Part shown: positions 18,490 through 27,642 of the stretch, piece after piece
Numbering within the stretch: the first letter of the stretch is position 1
Layout: each line of letters opens with the position of its first letter
Source of the DNA: a virus
IMG/VR virus record: IMGVR_UViG_3300017763_000007
Direction: 5' to 3' (one strand)
Length of the DNA: 64,000 nt
Notes under the pieces: model-generated
Database searches by the model: none
What the model saw: only the letters and a program-made list of their open reading frames with translations
What the model was told of the DNA's origin: nothing
Position numbers and translations under genes: made by a program

Positions 18490-18690
18490 ATGAAAGACCA
18501 GAACGCTATTTTGTCTTCAGAAAGCAAACAGGTCAAATGGAACCGTGGATTAGACCTCTTTATTGAATCAGTTTTGAAACCGGATTCAACACTTAGGGAT
18601 TGTGCTCACAACCAGCAATGCTATAATGAACTAATGGATGTCAGGAAAGACGTTCTTGAATACCTGAAATCTAAACGTTGGCATGCCTAA
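18490..18690 (+). CDS. conserved cyanophage hypothetical protein
   Basis: Clean ORF; KWNRGLDLFIESV motif recalled from cyanophages. Confidence 0.65.
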   Translation: MKDQNAILSSESKQVKWNRGLDLFIESVLKPDSTLRDCAHNQQCYNELMDVRKDVLEYLKSKRWHA

Positions 18691-18847
18691 AAATTCAGTA
18701 ACTAGGGAAGAGTTGATCACCCGAGTTCTCAAACTAAAAACAGAATTGTATGATGGTTCTTGGTCCGCTAAAAACAGGGACTGGCACGAAGGTGGACATA
18801 CTTCTTTGAATAAAGTCCTTGATATATTAGAAGAGTATCGCCTCTAA
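18683..18847 (+). CDS. small hypothetical protein (54 aa)
   Basis: Translated by hand: MPKNSVTREELITRVLKLK...LEEYRL; overlaps the previous stop. Confidence 0.6.
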   Translation: MPKNSVTREELITRVLKLKTELYDGSWSAKNRDWHEGGHTSLNKVLDILEEYRL

Positions 18848-18850
18848 ATA
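18844..18850 (+). promoter_or_regulatory. late promoter (CTAAATA)
   Basis: Upstream of gp3. Confidence 0.6.
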
Positions 18851-18871
18851 ACTCGATGCTGCAACTAGGTT

Positions 18872-19450
18872 TTGGAAACCGGTGTTAGAGGTGCTACTCC
18901 TCCATATAAACTAAACGAACCTACGAACAGGAACTTCCTGAGTGTCGTTGGGTTCGATTTTATTTTGAATCGTTGCCCTAAGGTTAGTTTTTACTGTAAC
19001 CAGGCAAATATTCCAGACATTACTTTAGGAGTAGCACAACAGACAACCTATTTGAGAGACATTCCTGTCCCTGGAGACAAACTTCAGTATGGAGATCTGT
19101 CTCTTCAGTTTATGGTTGATGAAAACTGCGAAAATTATTTGCAGATCTATGACTGGATCACGGGACTGGGGTATCCAGAGTCCTTACAGCAGTATGATGA
19201 TCTAAAACGAAACAGCAGGTTCTATCCTACTGAAGATGCTCCATTCAATGAGCGTTCTGATGGAACTTTGATTGTCTTGAACAGTGATTATAACCCAGCG
19301 GTGAAAATCAAATTCAAGGAAATGTTCCCGATCAGACTGTCAGGCATACCTTTCAGTGCTATTGAGACAGAAGAACGTTACTTTACAGCATCAGTAACCT
19401 TCAAGTATACTATTTTTGATATGATTGATGTCCTTGGAAAGAAAGTCTAG
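18872..19450 (+). CDS. gp3: tail completion/sheath stabilizer gp3
   Basis: NRNFLSVVGFDF, PKVSFYCNQANIP, FMVDENCENY; TTG start is forced by an upstream in-frame TAG. Confidence 0.85.
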   Translation: METGVRGATPPYKLNEPTNRNFLSVVGFDFILNRCPKVSFYCNQANIPDITLGVAQQTTYLRDIPVPGDKLQYGDLSLQFMVDENCENYLQIYDWITGLGYPESLQQYDDLKRNSRFYPTEDAPFNERSDGTLIVLNSDYNPAVKIKFKEMFPIRLSGIPFSAIETEERYFTASVTFKYTIFDMIDVLGKKV

Positions 19451-19886
19451 TCCTCTTAGTCTCGAAAACATCCAAGAGATGTGGACTAATGATGCCAAAA
19501 TGAATCAGGATGAATTGGATACGGAGTCACTCAAGATTCCCCAATTACATGCCAAGTATTATGGACTATATAATACAATCCTACTGATGAGGAAACAAAA
19601 CGAACAAATTTACAGTTCGTTGTTGCTTCAAAGGAGAAATTTTTACACTGGTAAGGCAACTGCTGCTGTATATGAAGCAGAACCATTCCCTTACAAGATC
19701 AGAGATAAGGATGACCTCAAGTTATATCTTGAGTCTGACGAGAAGTTATCCAAAACGAGACTAAAAATTGAATACTTTGATTCAATGCTGAAATACTTGG
19801 AAGAAATTCTAAGGCAAGTAACGAATCGTACGTATCAAATCAAAAATGCCATCGAATGGCGGCCATTCTCTTCTGGTTATGGCTGA
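19428..19886 (+). CDS. uvsY: recombination mediator UvsY
   Basis: ESLKIPQLHAKYY, NRTYQIKNAIEW. Confidence 0.9.
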   Translation: MSLERKSSPLSLENIQEMWTNDAKMNQDELDTESLKIPQLHAKYYGLYNTILLMRKQNEQIYSSLLLQRRNFYTGKATAAVYEAEPFPYKIRDKDDLKLYLESDEKLSKTRLKIEYFDSMLKYLEEILRQVTNRTYQIKNAIEWRPFSSGYG

Positions 19887-21327
19887 TCTTATCATAAAAA
19901 AGAAGAATGAAGTATATCTTATCATAGAATGTGACCCACATATACAGCATGAACTTCAAGACCAGTTTACTTTCGAGGTTCCTGGTGCAAAATTCATGCC
20001 TCAATACAGAAGTAAGTATTGGGACGGTAAAATTAGATTATTCAATGTTCAGAAAGGAGAAATCTACGTAGGTCTTCTGGATAAAGTTTGTCAATTTTGT
20101 AAAAGATATAATTATACCTTTGAATTCAAAGACTCAAAGCACTATGGTCTACCCTACCAAGAAGATCCCGGTATTTCTGTACGAGGAGTACAGGATTGGT
20201 TGGGGGTAATCTCCAAATATACTCCTAGAGACTATCAAGTTGATGGTGTCTACGACGCCTTGAAAAGAAAACGACGATTGATTATTTCCCCGACCGGTTC
20301 GGGCAAGTCTTTGATGATCTACGCTGTTGTGCAGTATCATGCTGCCCATCAAAGAAAGATCTTGGTCATTGTTCCTACCACATCCCTGGTAGAACAGATG
20401 TATAAAGACTTTGATGACTATGGATTGGATGCTGATAAAGAGTGTCATAGAATCTATGGTGGTAAAGATATGAACAGCGACAAGACTGTTATTATATCAA
20501 CTTGGCAATCAATTTACAAACTAGATAAGAAATGGTTTAGGCAATTTGACGTAGTTATTGGTGATGAAGCACATAACTTCAAGTCTAAATCTTTGGTAGG
20601 CATCATGACCAAGATGCATGACACTGCTTATCGTTATGGGTTTACTGGTACATTAGATGGTACCCAAACTCACAAATGGGTATTAGAAGGATTGTTTGGT
20701 CCCTCGTATAAAATTATCAATACAAAAGAACTTCAAGATGCGGGGTACTTAGCAAAACTGAACATCAAAGTTCTTCTTCTCAAGCATAAGCAAACTCCAT
20801 TCGAGACCTATGAAGATGAAGTGCAGTATCTAATTGGTCATGAAAAAAGAAATAAGTTTATAAAAAACCTAGTCCTAGACATAAAAGGCAACACATTGAT
20901 TCTGTTTAGTCGGGTTGCCGCACATGGAGAGGTTCTTTTCAACCTCATAAATACTGGTGACCGAAAGGTATTTTTTATTCATGGAGGTGTTGATGTCGAA
21001 GAACGGGAATCAGTCCGTGCAATTGCAGAGACTGAAAACGACGCCATCATCATCGCTTCTTTCGGAACTTTTTCAACAGGTATCAATATAAAGAACTTAC
21101 ACAACGTGGTCTTTGCATCACCAAGTAAGTCTCGAATCAGGACACTTCAATCAATCGGGAGGGTGCTACGGAAGAGTGATTCTAAAGTGAATGCAACTCT
21201 ATACGATATAGCAGATGATTGTAAGAAGGGTCAAAAAACAAACTACACGCTGAACCATCTTATAGAACGTATCAAATACTATAACGAAGAAAAGTTCAAC
21301 TATGACATCATCCAAATCAAGCTCTGA
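19879..21327 (+). CDS. uvsW: RNA-DNA/DNA-DNA helicase UvsW
   Basis: WDGKIRLF, SPTGSGKS, GDEAH, GFTGT, QSIGRVLR. Confidence 0.96.
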   Translation: MADLIIKKKNEVYLIIECDPHIQHELQDQFTFEVPGAKFMPQYRSKYWDGKIRLFNVQKGEIYVGLLDKVCQFCKRYNYTFEFKDSKHYGLPYQEDPGISVRGVQDWLGVISKYTPRDYQVDGVYDALKRKRRLIISPTGSGKSLMIYAVVQYHAAHQRKILVIVPTTSLVEQMYKDFDDYGLDADKECHRIYGGKDMNSDKTVIISTWQSIYKLDKKWFRQFDVVIGDEAHNFKSKSLVGIMTKMHDTAYRYGFTGTLDGTQTHKWVLEGLFGPSYKIINTKELQDAGYLAKLNIKVLLLKHKQTPFETYEDEVQYLIGHEKRNKFIKNLVLDIKGNTLILFSRVAAHGEVLFNLINTGDRKVFFIHGGVDVEERESVRAIAETENDAIIIASFGTFSTGINIKNLHNVVFASPSKSRIRTLQSIGRVLRKSDSKVNATLYDIADDCKKGQKTNYTLNHLIERIKYYNEEKFNYDIIQIKL

Positions 21328-21751
21328 CAATCCGTATGACGAGTTCATAGCAGCAGTCAAGCTGGTTTCTGGTGAAGAGATTCTTTCTATGGTTATGGTT
21401 ATTGCAGATGATGACGATAAAATCATTTTTGATAATCCTATTATCTGTGAAGAGATCCGTTCAAGAGGAGGTAAAGGTACTCCAGTAGGTTATAAGTTTG
21501 AACCTTGGATGAGATTGACAGATGAAGAAGTCTTCATTGTAGATATGGATCGTATTATTACTATCTCTGAAATAAAGGATGAAGATGTAATCAATACCTA
21601 TAAGAACATTATTGCTTCAGGGTTCACTAGAGAACATCCTGAACTCTCTAAGGAGATGGGGTTTATAAACACTGTAGAGAAAGCAAGAGATATCCTTGAA
21701 GAACTCTATAAGGCAGAAGATGCCTCTAAAGATCCTAAAGATGCTTTATAG
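21302..21751 (+). CDS. conserved T4-like hypothetical protein (Sm-like, KLVSGEEI)
   Basis: Motif and position between uvsW and gp55. Confidence 0.65.
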   Translation: MTSSKSSSDNPYDEFIAAVKLVSGEEILSMVMVIADDDDKIIFDNPIICEEIRSRGGKGTPVGYKFEPWMRLTDEEVFIVDMDRIITISEIKDEDVINTYKNIIASGFTREHPELSKEMGFINTVEKARDILEELYKAEDASKDPKDAL

Positions 21752-21829
21752 TATTCTATAGTAAGCTATATCTTCCCGATCAACCCTGACAGAGTTAGTC
21801 TATATGCATTCTGCAGTCTTGTCAAGCTG

Positions 21830-21838
21830 TGCTATACT
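21830..21838 (+). promoter_or_regulatory. extended -10 promoter (TGcTATACT)
   Basis: TGn-TAnnnT in the intergenic region before gp55. Confidence 0.5.
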
Positions 21839-21860
21839 ATGAACATGAAGATCCAATAAG

Positions 21861-22331
21861 ATGACCAGAAAACGTTCTGAACACTACGTAAATAACAAAG
21901 AGTTTCTTGTTGCGATCATTGCTTACAAGCAAGAGATCTCTGATGCAGAGGTACTTGGCAAACCAAAACCTCGTATTACAAACTACTTGGGTGAATGCTT
22001 CTTGAAGATTGCGACGCACCTATCGTACAAACCAAACTTTGTCAACTACATGTTCAAAGATGATATGGTTTGTGATGGTATTGAAAACTGTGTCCAATAC
22101 ATCAACAATTTCAACCCAGAGAAGTCCAAGAACCCTTTCGCTTACTTCACTCAGATTATTCACTACGCTTTCTTGCGTAGGATCCAGAAGGAGAAGAAGC
22201 AGTTAGAGATCCGTCAGAAGATCATTGAGCGATCAGGGTTTGATGAAGTGTTCTCTGCTGATGACAACAGCAGAAACTCCGAATACAATTCCATCAAAGA
22301 TGCAGTTCAGTACAGGAACAACTACCGATGA
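21861..22331 (+). CDS. gp55: late transcription sigma factor gp55
   Basis: HYVNNKEFL, DGIENC, NPFAYFTQIIHYAFLRRIQKEKKQ. Confidence 0.96.
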   Translation: MTRKRSEHYVNNKEFLVAIIAYKQEISDAEVLGKPKPRITNYLGECFLKIATHLSYKPNFVNYMFKDDMVCDGIENCVQYINNFNPEKSKNPFAYFTQIIHYAFLRRIQKEKKQLEIRQKIIERSGFDEVFSADDNSRNSEYNSIKDAVQYRNNYR

Positions 22332-22582
22332 ACATTCTTTTTGAAAAGTGTGAAAAGGAAAAGGCAGAAGACAAGAGTCTTCCTTACACTGCCTATCTGG
22401 TCACATACAAAGTCGAGGGAGTTGAGACATACGACATCGCTACCTGTGGTAAAACTACAGATCTGTTTGACCACTATTACGACACCTATAAAGAAAACTT
22501 TATTAGGTTTGACCAAGCACAAGGTAGGGTCAGTCCTAAACTTTACGGGTATAAATCCCCAGAAGCTTCTAAGAAAAAGTAA
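22328..22582 (+). CDS. conserved hypothetical protein
   Basis: Coupled ORF after gp55. Confidence 0.6.
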   Translation: MNILFEKCEKEKAEDKSLPYTAYLVTYKVEGVETYDIATCGKTTDLFDHYYDTYKENFIRFDQAQGRVSPKLYGYKSPEASKKK

Positions 22583-23214
22583 TGGCTTTTCTAGTCCATA
22601 ATCTGCCACCCATATCGGTCAAGGTTAGGAAAGAATTTCTTTATGATCATGAGTATGGACATGGAGAATTTACTGAAGGTATCTGGGTAAGCGTCAAGAG
22701 TGTTCAGTACAAAGCACTTTACTTTGAAACTATGCTTCCTGAGTACGGTGCTTTATTTGATAAATTACCACTAAGTGCATTTGTTTGGAAAAAAGATCAT
22801 GGCGATCTTTCACTAGATACGCTACAATTGTGGGACTGCTTTGATTACAATCTTACTGTAATTGAAAAACCTATACTCTCACGTTGTGAGTTCTTTGGTA
22901 AAGACAAGCAGATGCATCCTGGTGAATACATGTTCACCATAGATACTTGCCACAGCGAGTCATCTACACTAGATACTGGGTTCAGTCAAGATGATTCTGA
23001 GCACAAGTCTTTCAACATCATTAGACTTGACAACGGGCAATTTGCTGCTCAACCAAACAATCGTGTCATCTGGAAAGACATGAGTCTTATTCCAGCAGAC
23101 ACACAAATGCCAGACTTCAAAGTTTGCTCTCAAAACTACCGAGTTGAAAACTCGGATAAGTGGACAGTAGGACACTCTGAAGAATGGATGTACAAAACAG
23201 AGGACGGAGCATGA
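22582..23214 (+). CDS. conserved cyanophage hypothetical protein
   Basis: NLPP...GALFDKLPLSAF...GQFAAQPNNRVIW. Confidence 0.7.
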   Translation: MAFLVHNLPPISVKVRKEFLYDHEYGHGEFTEGIWVSVKSVQYKALYFETMLPEYGALFDKLPLSAFVWKKDHGDLSLDTLQLWDCFDYNLTVIEKPILSRCEFFGKDKQMHPGEYMFTIDTCHSESSTLDTGFSQDDSEHKSFNIIRLDNGQFAAQPNNRVIWKDMSLIPADTQMPDFKVCSQNYRVENSDKWTVGHSEEWMYKTEDGA

Positions 23215-23414
23215 AAATTCTCACTCTTGAGGATTACGAAAAGGCTGGTGAATTATTCTGGCCAAAGTATTGGTACGTTTCCAAGGAACTTGGTGAAGGT
23301 GCTAAAGCAGAAGACATCCTGAAAGTCATGGAGTCTCTTGGTGGTGTTGCACTGAAACTTGCAGCAGAAGACAAAGACGGACCCTTTGGTTTCAACAAAA
23401 CAAATGATCAATGA
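23211..23414 (+). CDS. conserved hypothetical protein
   Basis: ATG 23211, coupled on both sides. Confidence 0.6.
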   Translation: MKILTLEDYEKAGELFWPKYWYVSKELGEGAKAEDILKVMESLGGVALKLAAEDKDGPFGFNKTNDQ

Positions 23415-24451
23415 AAGTTGCTATCATCACAGACCAGCACTTTGGATTCAAGAAAGGATCTAAACTGTATCATGAATACTTTCTAAAATTCTATGAAGAA
23501 ACTTTCTTTCCTATGTTGGAAAGAGAAGGTATCAAAACTGTACTTGACCTTGGAGATACTTTTGACAACCGTAAAGGTGTTGATTTATATTCTCTGGACT
23601 GGGCGAAAAGAAATTATTTCGACCGTCTTCGAGATATGGGGATATCTGTGGTTTCTGTTGTGGGCAATCACACCGCCTTCTATAAAAACACTAATGACAT
23701 CAATACTATCGATCTACTCTTACGAGAGTACGATAACGTTCGTATTATTGGCGACTGCGAAGAATTAGATATTGGTGGTCTTCCTGTACTATTCATTCCT
23801 TGGATCAATCAGGAGAACAAAGAAGACACATATAAGAAGATCAAAGAATCCAAAGCAAAAGTTGCTATGGGTCATTTAGAACTCAATGGTTTTGTTGCTA
23901 CTCAAGGTCATGTTATGGAACATGGCAACGACATTGAGGTCTATAAAAAGTTTGATCGTGTTTTGTCTGGTCACTTCCACACCAGGTCAAGCAACGGACA
24001 GATCTATTACATCGGTAACCCCTATGAAATGTTCTGGAGTGATGTGAATGATAAGCGTGGTTGTGTGATCTTCGATACCGAAGACCTCACCATGAAGAAC
24101 GTAGATAATCCAAACACTCTATACAAGGTGATCAAGTATTCTGACACCCCTCGTCAGTTGTTCAAGTTCAGTGAGTATTCAGGAAAGATCGTCAAGGTAG
24201 TTGTATTCAAGAAGAGTAGTGATAAGGAATACGATCGCTTTATGGCAGCACTTGCCAAAGCAAACCCAGTTGAGATCAAGGTTATTGAAAAGTCAGAGTA
24301 TATCTTTATGGATGCTGACTTCGCTGAACAGACAGAAGATACGATGACTCTTTTGAATAAGTACGTAGATGAATTAGAGACAAATCTAAATAAATCTAAG
24401 ATCAAAGATATACTTACTGAGGCATATCAATTAGCGTGCGAGGGCATCTAA
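23411..24451 (+). CDS. gp47: recombination endonuclease subunit gp47 (Mre11-like)
   Basis: ITDQHFG, LGDTFD, VGNH, GHFH metallophosphoesterase motifs. Confidence 0.95.
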   Translation: MKVAIITDQHFGFKKGSKLYHEYFLKFYEETFFPMLEREGIKTVLDLGDTFDNRKGVDLYSLDWAKRNYFDRLRDMGISVVSVVGNHTAFYKNTNDINTIDLLLREYDNVRIIGDCEELDIGGLPVLFIPWINQENKEDTYKKIKESKAKVAMGHLELNGFVATQGHVMEHGNDIEVYKKFDRVLSGHFHTRSSNGQIYYIGNPYEMFWSDVNDKRGCVIFDTEDLTMKNVDNPNTLYKVIKYSDTPRQLFKFSEYSGKIVKVVVFKKSSDKEYDRFMAALAKANPVEIKVIEKSEYIFMDADFAEQTEDTMTLLNKYVDELETNLNKSKIKDILTEAYQLACEGI

Positions 24452-24709
24452 GTGCACATAATCACCCCAATCGAAACTAAAAACGAAGGAGCATTTGCTG
24501 TCGTTGATGAATCGGGTGAGAAAGTTGTATTCTTTTTTGTAGAACGTGACGATGCAGAAAGATATGTTATGATGTTAGAAAGTAATGGACTCGAATCCGA
24601 AATGGAAATCGTAGACATTGCTGACAAAGCTGCTATTGCAGCATGTGAACGAACGGGTACTAAGTACGCGATCATCAATAAGAATGACCTTGTAATCCCT
24701 ATTGAATGA
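24452..24709 (+). CDS. conserved hypothetical protein
   Basis: ORF filling the gp47-gp46 gap. Confidence 0.6.
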   Translation: MHIITPIETKNEGAFAVVDESGEKVVFFFVERDDAERYVMMLESNGLESEMEIVDIADKAAIAACERTGTKYAIINKNDLVIPIE

Positions 24710-26415
24710 TTCTTTTCAAAGAAATTCGTTATAAAAATTTTTTATCATCTGGTAATCAATTTACTAAAATCAGTCTAGACGCAAGCAAGGACACCTTGAT
24801 TGTTGGTCAGAATGGTGCAGGTAAAAGTACGATCCTTGATGCACTGACTTTCTCGCTGTTCAGTAAACCTTTTCGTAAGGTGAACAAACCGCAATTAGTC
24901 AACAGTGTCAATGAACGTGACTGTCTGGTAGAAATTGTATTTGTAATTGGTACGACTGAATACAAGGTAGTTCGCGGAATCAAACCTAATATTTTTGAGA
25001 TCCATAAAGACGGATCTAAATTGAATGAAGATTGTGATGCCAAGGAGCAGCAGCAATTTCTTGAGAAGCAGATTCTCAAACTGAACTACAAATCATTTAC
25101 CCAGATCGTCATCCTGGGTAGTGCTAGTTTTGTACCGTTCATGCAACTCTCTGCAGCACACCGTAGGGAGGTCATAGAAGACCTCCTAGACATCTCTGTG
25201 TTCTCTTCTATGTCTGAGATCATCAAAGGGCGTCTGAAGGACTCCAGGGATGACCTGAAGGTGCTAGAGTTGAAGATGGATTCTGTAGCAGACAAAATTC
25301 TGATGCAGAAACGGTTCATCAAAACCCTGGAGGAGTCCTCTCAGAATGATATCACTGCCAAACAGGAGGAGATCCAGTTACTGGATCAAGAGTCAGGCGA
25401 CTACCAAATCAAGATTGCGGATCTCCTGGAAGAGAGTGAAGACCTTCAGACTGCAATCGAAGGATTTACTTCTTCAGGTGATACTGTAAAAAAACTAAAT
25501 CAATTCAAAGCAAAACTTCAAACGAAAGAACTTAGTTCATCAAAAGAGATCAAGTTCTTTGAAGAAAATACGGTATGCCCTACATGCACTCAGACCATTG
25601 ACGATTCATTTAGGGTAAATAAGATTGAACATCTCCAGCAACTTCTAATAAAGCACGTTGATAGTCTTACTCAAATTGAGCAAGCAATCACTGCTGAGGA
25701 GGAGAAAGAACAACAGTTTCTTACTCTGCAAAAGGAGATCACTACCATCACGCATGAAATTTCTCAGTTCAATCTTAGAATCTCTAATTCAAGGAAACGA
25801 AAGTCAACTCTGGAATCAGAAATTCAAAACCTTACCGATAGCATTGAGAACCGATCTACTGAAGACGACAAACTATCAGAATACAAGGAGAAACTTCGAG
25901 GGGTATTACAGAAGCTAGAAGATACTAATAATACGTTTGACTATTTGACTCAAGGTAATCTACTGCTGAAAGACGATGGCGTAAAGAGTTCGATCATTAG
26001 GAAGTATCTTCCGATGATCAACACACTCGTCAACGATTACTTGCAGCGGATGGATTTCTATATCAACTTCACGCTAGACGAGGAGTTCAACGAGAAAATC
26101 CAGACCCCTGTCCATGAGAAGTTCTCGTATGCATCTTTTAGTGAAGGGGAGAAGATGAGGATTGACCTCGCTCTCTTGTTCACCTGGAGGGAGATTGCAC
26201 GTCTGAAAAACAGTGTCGTCACTAACCTACTAATCATGGACGAAGTCTTTGATTCCTCTCTTGATGGGTTCGGTACCGAAGAGTTTTTGAAAATTGTTCG
26301 CTTTGTGATAAAGGATGCTAATGTGTTTATCATTTCTCATAAGAATGAGTTGTTTGATAAATTCAACCATAGTCTTGAATTCAAGAAAATTGGTGGGTTT
26401 TCCCAACTAGCTTGA
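24706..26415 (+). CDS. gp46: recombination endonuclease subunit gp46 (Rad50-like)
   Basis: GQNGAGKST, CPTC hook, FSEGEKMRIDL, IMDEVFDSSLD. Confidence 0.96.
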   Translation: MILFKEIRYKNFLSSGNQFTKISLDASKDTLIVGQNGAGKSTILDALTFSLFSKPFRKVNKPQLVNSVNERDCLVEIVFVIGTTEYKVVRGIKPNIFEIHKDGSKLNEDCDAKEQQQFLEKQILKLNYKSFTQIVILGSASFVPFMQLSAAHRREVIEDLLDISVFSSMSEIIKGRLKDSRDDLKVLELKMDSVADKILMQKRFIKTLEESSQNDITAKQEEIQLLDQESGDYQIKIADLLEESEDLQTAIEGFTSSGDTVKKLNQFKAKLQTKELSSSKEIKFFEENTVCPTCTQTIDDSFRVNKIEHLQQLLIKHVDSLTQIEQAITAEEEKEQQFLTLQKEITTITHEISQFNLRISNSRKRKSTLESEIQNLTDSIENRSTEDDKLSEYKEKLRGVLQKLEDTNNTFDYLTQGNLLLKDDGVKSSIIRKYLPMINTLVNDYLQRMDFYINFTLDEEFNEKIQTPVHEKFSYASFSEGEKMRIDLALLFTWREIARLKNSVVTNLLIMDEVFDSSLDGFGTEEFLKIVRFVIKDANVFIISHKNELFDKFNHSLEFKKIGGFSQLA

Positions 26416-26445
26416 CACCTCTAAAGAAATGGTGTACTCTAAATA
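26412..26445 (+). promoter_or_regulatory. overlapping sigma70-type (TTGACA-17-TACTCT) and late (CTAAATA) promoters
   Basis: TTGACA 26412-26417, TACTCT 26435-26440, CTAAATA 26439-26445. Confidence 0.5.
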
Positions 26446-26519
26446 AGTATTCGTGCCTAGTCACGAATATTTACCAGCGTGGTCTGTCGAACCACTTCCA
26501 TCTACGGGATATTTCCGTA
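26445..26519 (+). ncRNA. candidate structured 5' leader (three hairpins)
   Basis: AAGTATTCGTG/CACGAATATTT, GTGGT/ACCAC and TACGGGA/TTCCGTA stems. Confidence 0.4.
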
Positions 26520-26534
26520 AGTAAACTAACAACC

Positions 26535-26906
26535 ATGATCAAGTCTTTTCTCGCAGCCTCTGCTGCTCTGTTCGCTTCAGCCGGTGCAGCATTTGCTGGA
26601 CCTTATGTCAACGTAGAAACCAATGCCTCCTGGACGGGTGCGGACTACTCTTCTGCGACCACGGATTTTCACGTGGGGTACGAAGGACTCCTGGGCGACT
26701 CTGCTTCATACTACGTTCAAGGCGGAGCTAGCTACGTCTCGCCCGATGGTGGCGACACCGATACAGTTCCTTCAGGTAAGGCAGGTGTCAACTTTGCTGC
26801 CACTGAGGCAGTAGGCGTCTATGGTGAAGTTTCCTTCATCGGATCTGGTGATGACGACATCGACCGTGGATACGGTGGTAAACTCGGAGTCAAGTACAAC
26901 TTCTGA
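26535..26906 (+). CDS. small outer-membrane beta-barrel protein (cyanobacterial type)
   Basis: Signal peptide MIKSFLAASAALFASAGAAFA, alternating beta strands, C-terminal KYNF aromatic signature. Confidence 0.8.
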   Translation: MIKSFLAASAALFASAGAAFAGPYVNVETNASWTGADYSSATTDFHVGYEGLLGDSASYYVQGGASYVSPDGGDTDTVPSGKAGVNFAATEAVGVYGEVSFIGSGDDDIDRGYGGKLGVKYNF

Positions 26907-26937
26907 TCAGAAGTAAAGTACAACTTCTAGTTTTACA

Positions 26938-26962
26938 GGGGGTCTTCGGACCCCCTTTTTTT
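26938..26962 (+). terminator. rho-independent terminator
   Basis: GGGGGTC-TTCG-GACCCCC-TTTTTTT. Confidence 0.92.
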
Positions 26963-26969
26963 CTAAATA
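26963..26969 (+). promoter_or_regulatory. late promoter (CTAAATA)
   Basis: Directly after the terminator. Confidence 0.6.
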
Positions 26970-26991
26970 GCCTCGAATATTATAGTCTGTC

Positions 26992-27642
26992 ATGGTTATC
27001 CCTCAAACAGGGAGTCAACTATCACCCAAACAGGCACCTGAGAAGCGAAGTTCATCTTTGAAATGGTTTGCCTTAGGGCTTGGTGGATTACTTGGCGTTT
27101 CTCATCTTGCCATGATTGGTATGCTTGTAGGTAACAAGCAGATGGTTTACCCCAATCTCAATCTTCCCGTAAGTGACTATACTTCTTATGAAGCGGAAGT
27201 AGGACCTCAAGGTTATCGGGTCAAGTACAACTCCAATGATCCAAAAACTCTGAGTAGAGTTCAGGAATTAGATGTGGATAAGTTTTCTCAACGACCTGGA
27301 GGAATTTTTGGTGGCGGAAGTCCACGGAAGTATTCTGAGAAACGTACTCAGAGAAGCATAGAAGAATATACAATGGAAGGCACTCTCAACATGCAGAATG
27401 AGGGTGGTCTCCCAAAGATTACTGCAGCATCAGACCTGAACGTCGCGTGTATCGAGGCGGTCGGTGGTGGCAAGAGCCAAGGAAAACTCCTGGGTGCTAG
27501 TGTTGGTGCTGCTGCTGCTCCCGCTTTTATGGGCATTCCTATTGTTGGACCGCTCTTAGGTGGTATCGTTACTATGTTCTCCTCTGATAAAGCAGCAGAA
27601 ATCGGTGGTAATGTGGCAGAAAACTTCTCGGATGACTGCTAA
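26992..27642 (+). CDS. membrane protein with N-terminal TM and C-terminal glycine-zipper-like helices
   Basis: FALGLGGLLGVSHLAMIGML; GKLLGASVGAAAAPAFMGIPIVGPLLGG. Confidence 0.65.
   Translation: MVIPQTGSQLSPKQAPEKRSSSLKWFALGLGGLLGVSHLAMIGMLVGNKQMVYPNLNLPVSDYTSYEAEVGPQGYRVKYNSNDPKTLSRVQELDVDKFSQRPGGIFGGGSPRKYSEKRTQRSIEEYTMEGTLNMQNEGGLPKITAASDLNVACIEAVGGGKSQGKLLGASVGAAAAPAFMGIPIVGPLLGGIVTMFSSDKAAEIGGNVAENFSDDC

Noticed and set aside
18841-18880. Frameshift at the gp3 start (nearby ATG 18856 is out of frame)
   Set aside because: A TTG start gives a normal-length gp3, so no lesion is needed
26479-26495. tRNA-like T-arm in the OMP leader
   Set aside because: No TTC loop consensus, acceptor stem or anticodon arm
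26412-26534. 41-codon N-terminal extension of the OMP ORF given by the track
   Set aside because: It spans the promoters and leader hairpins; the signal peptide starts at ATG 26535
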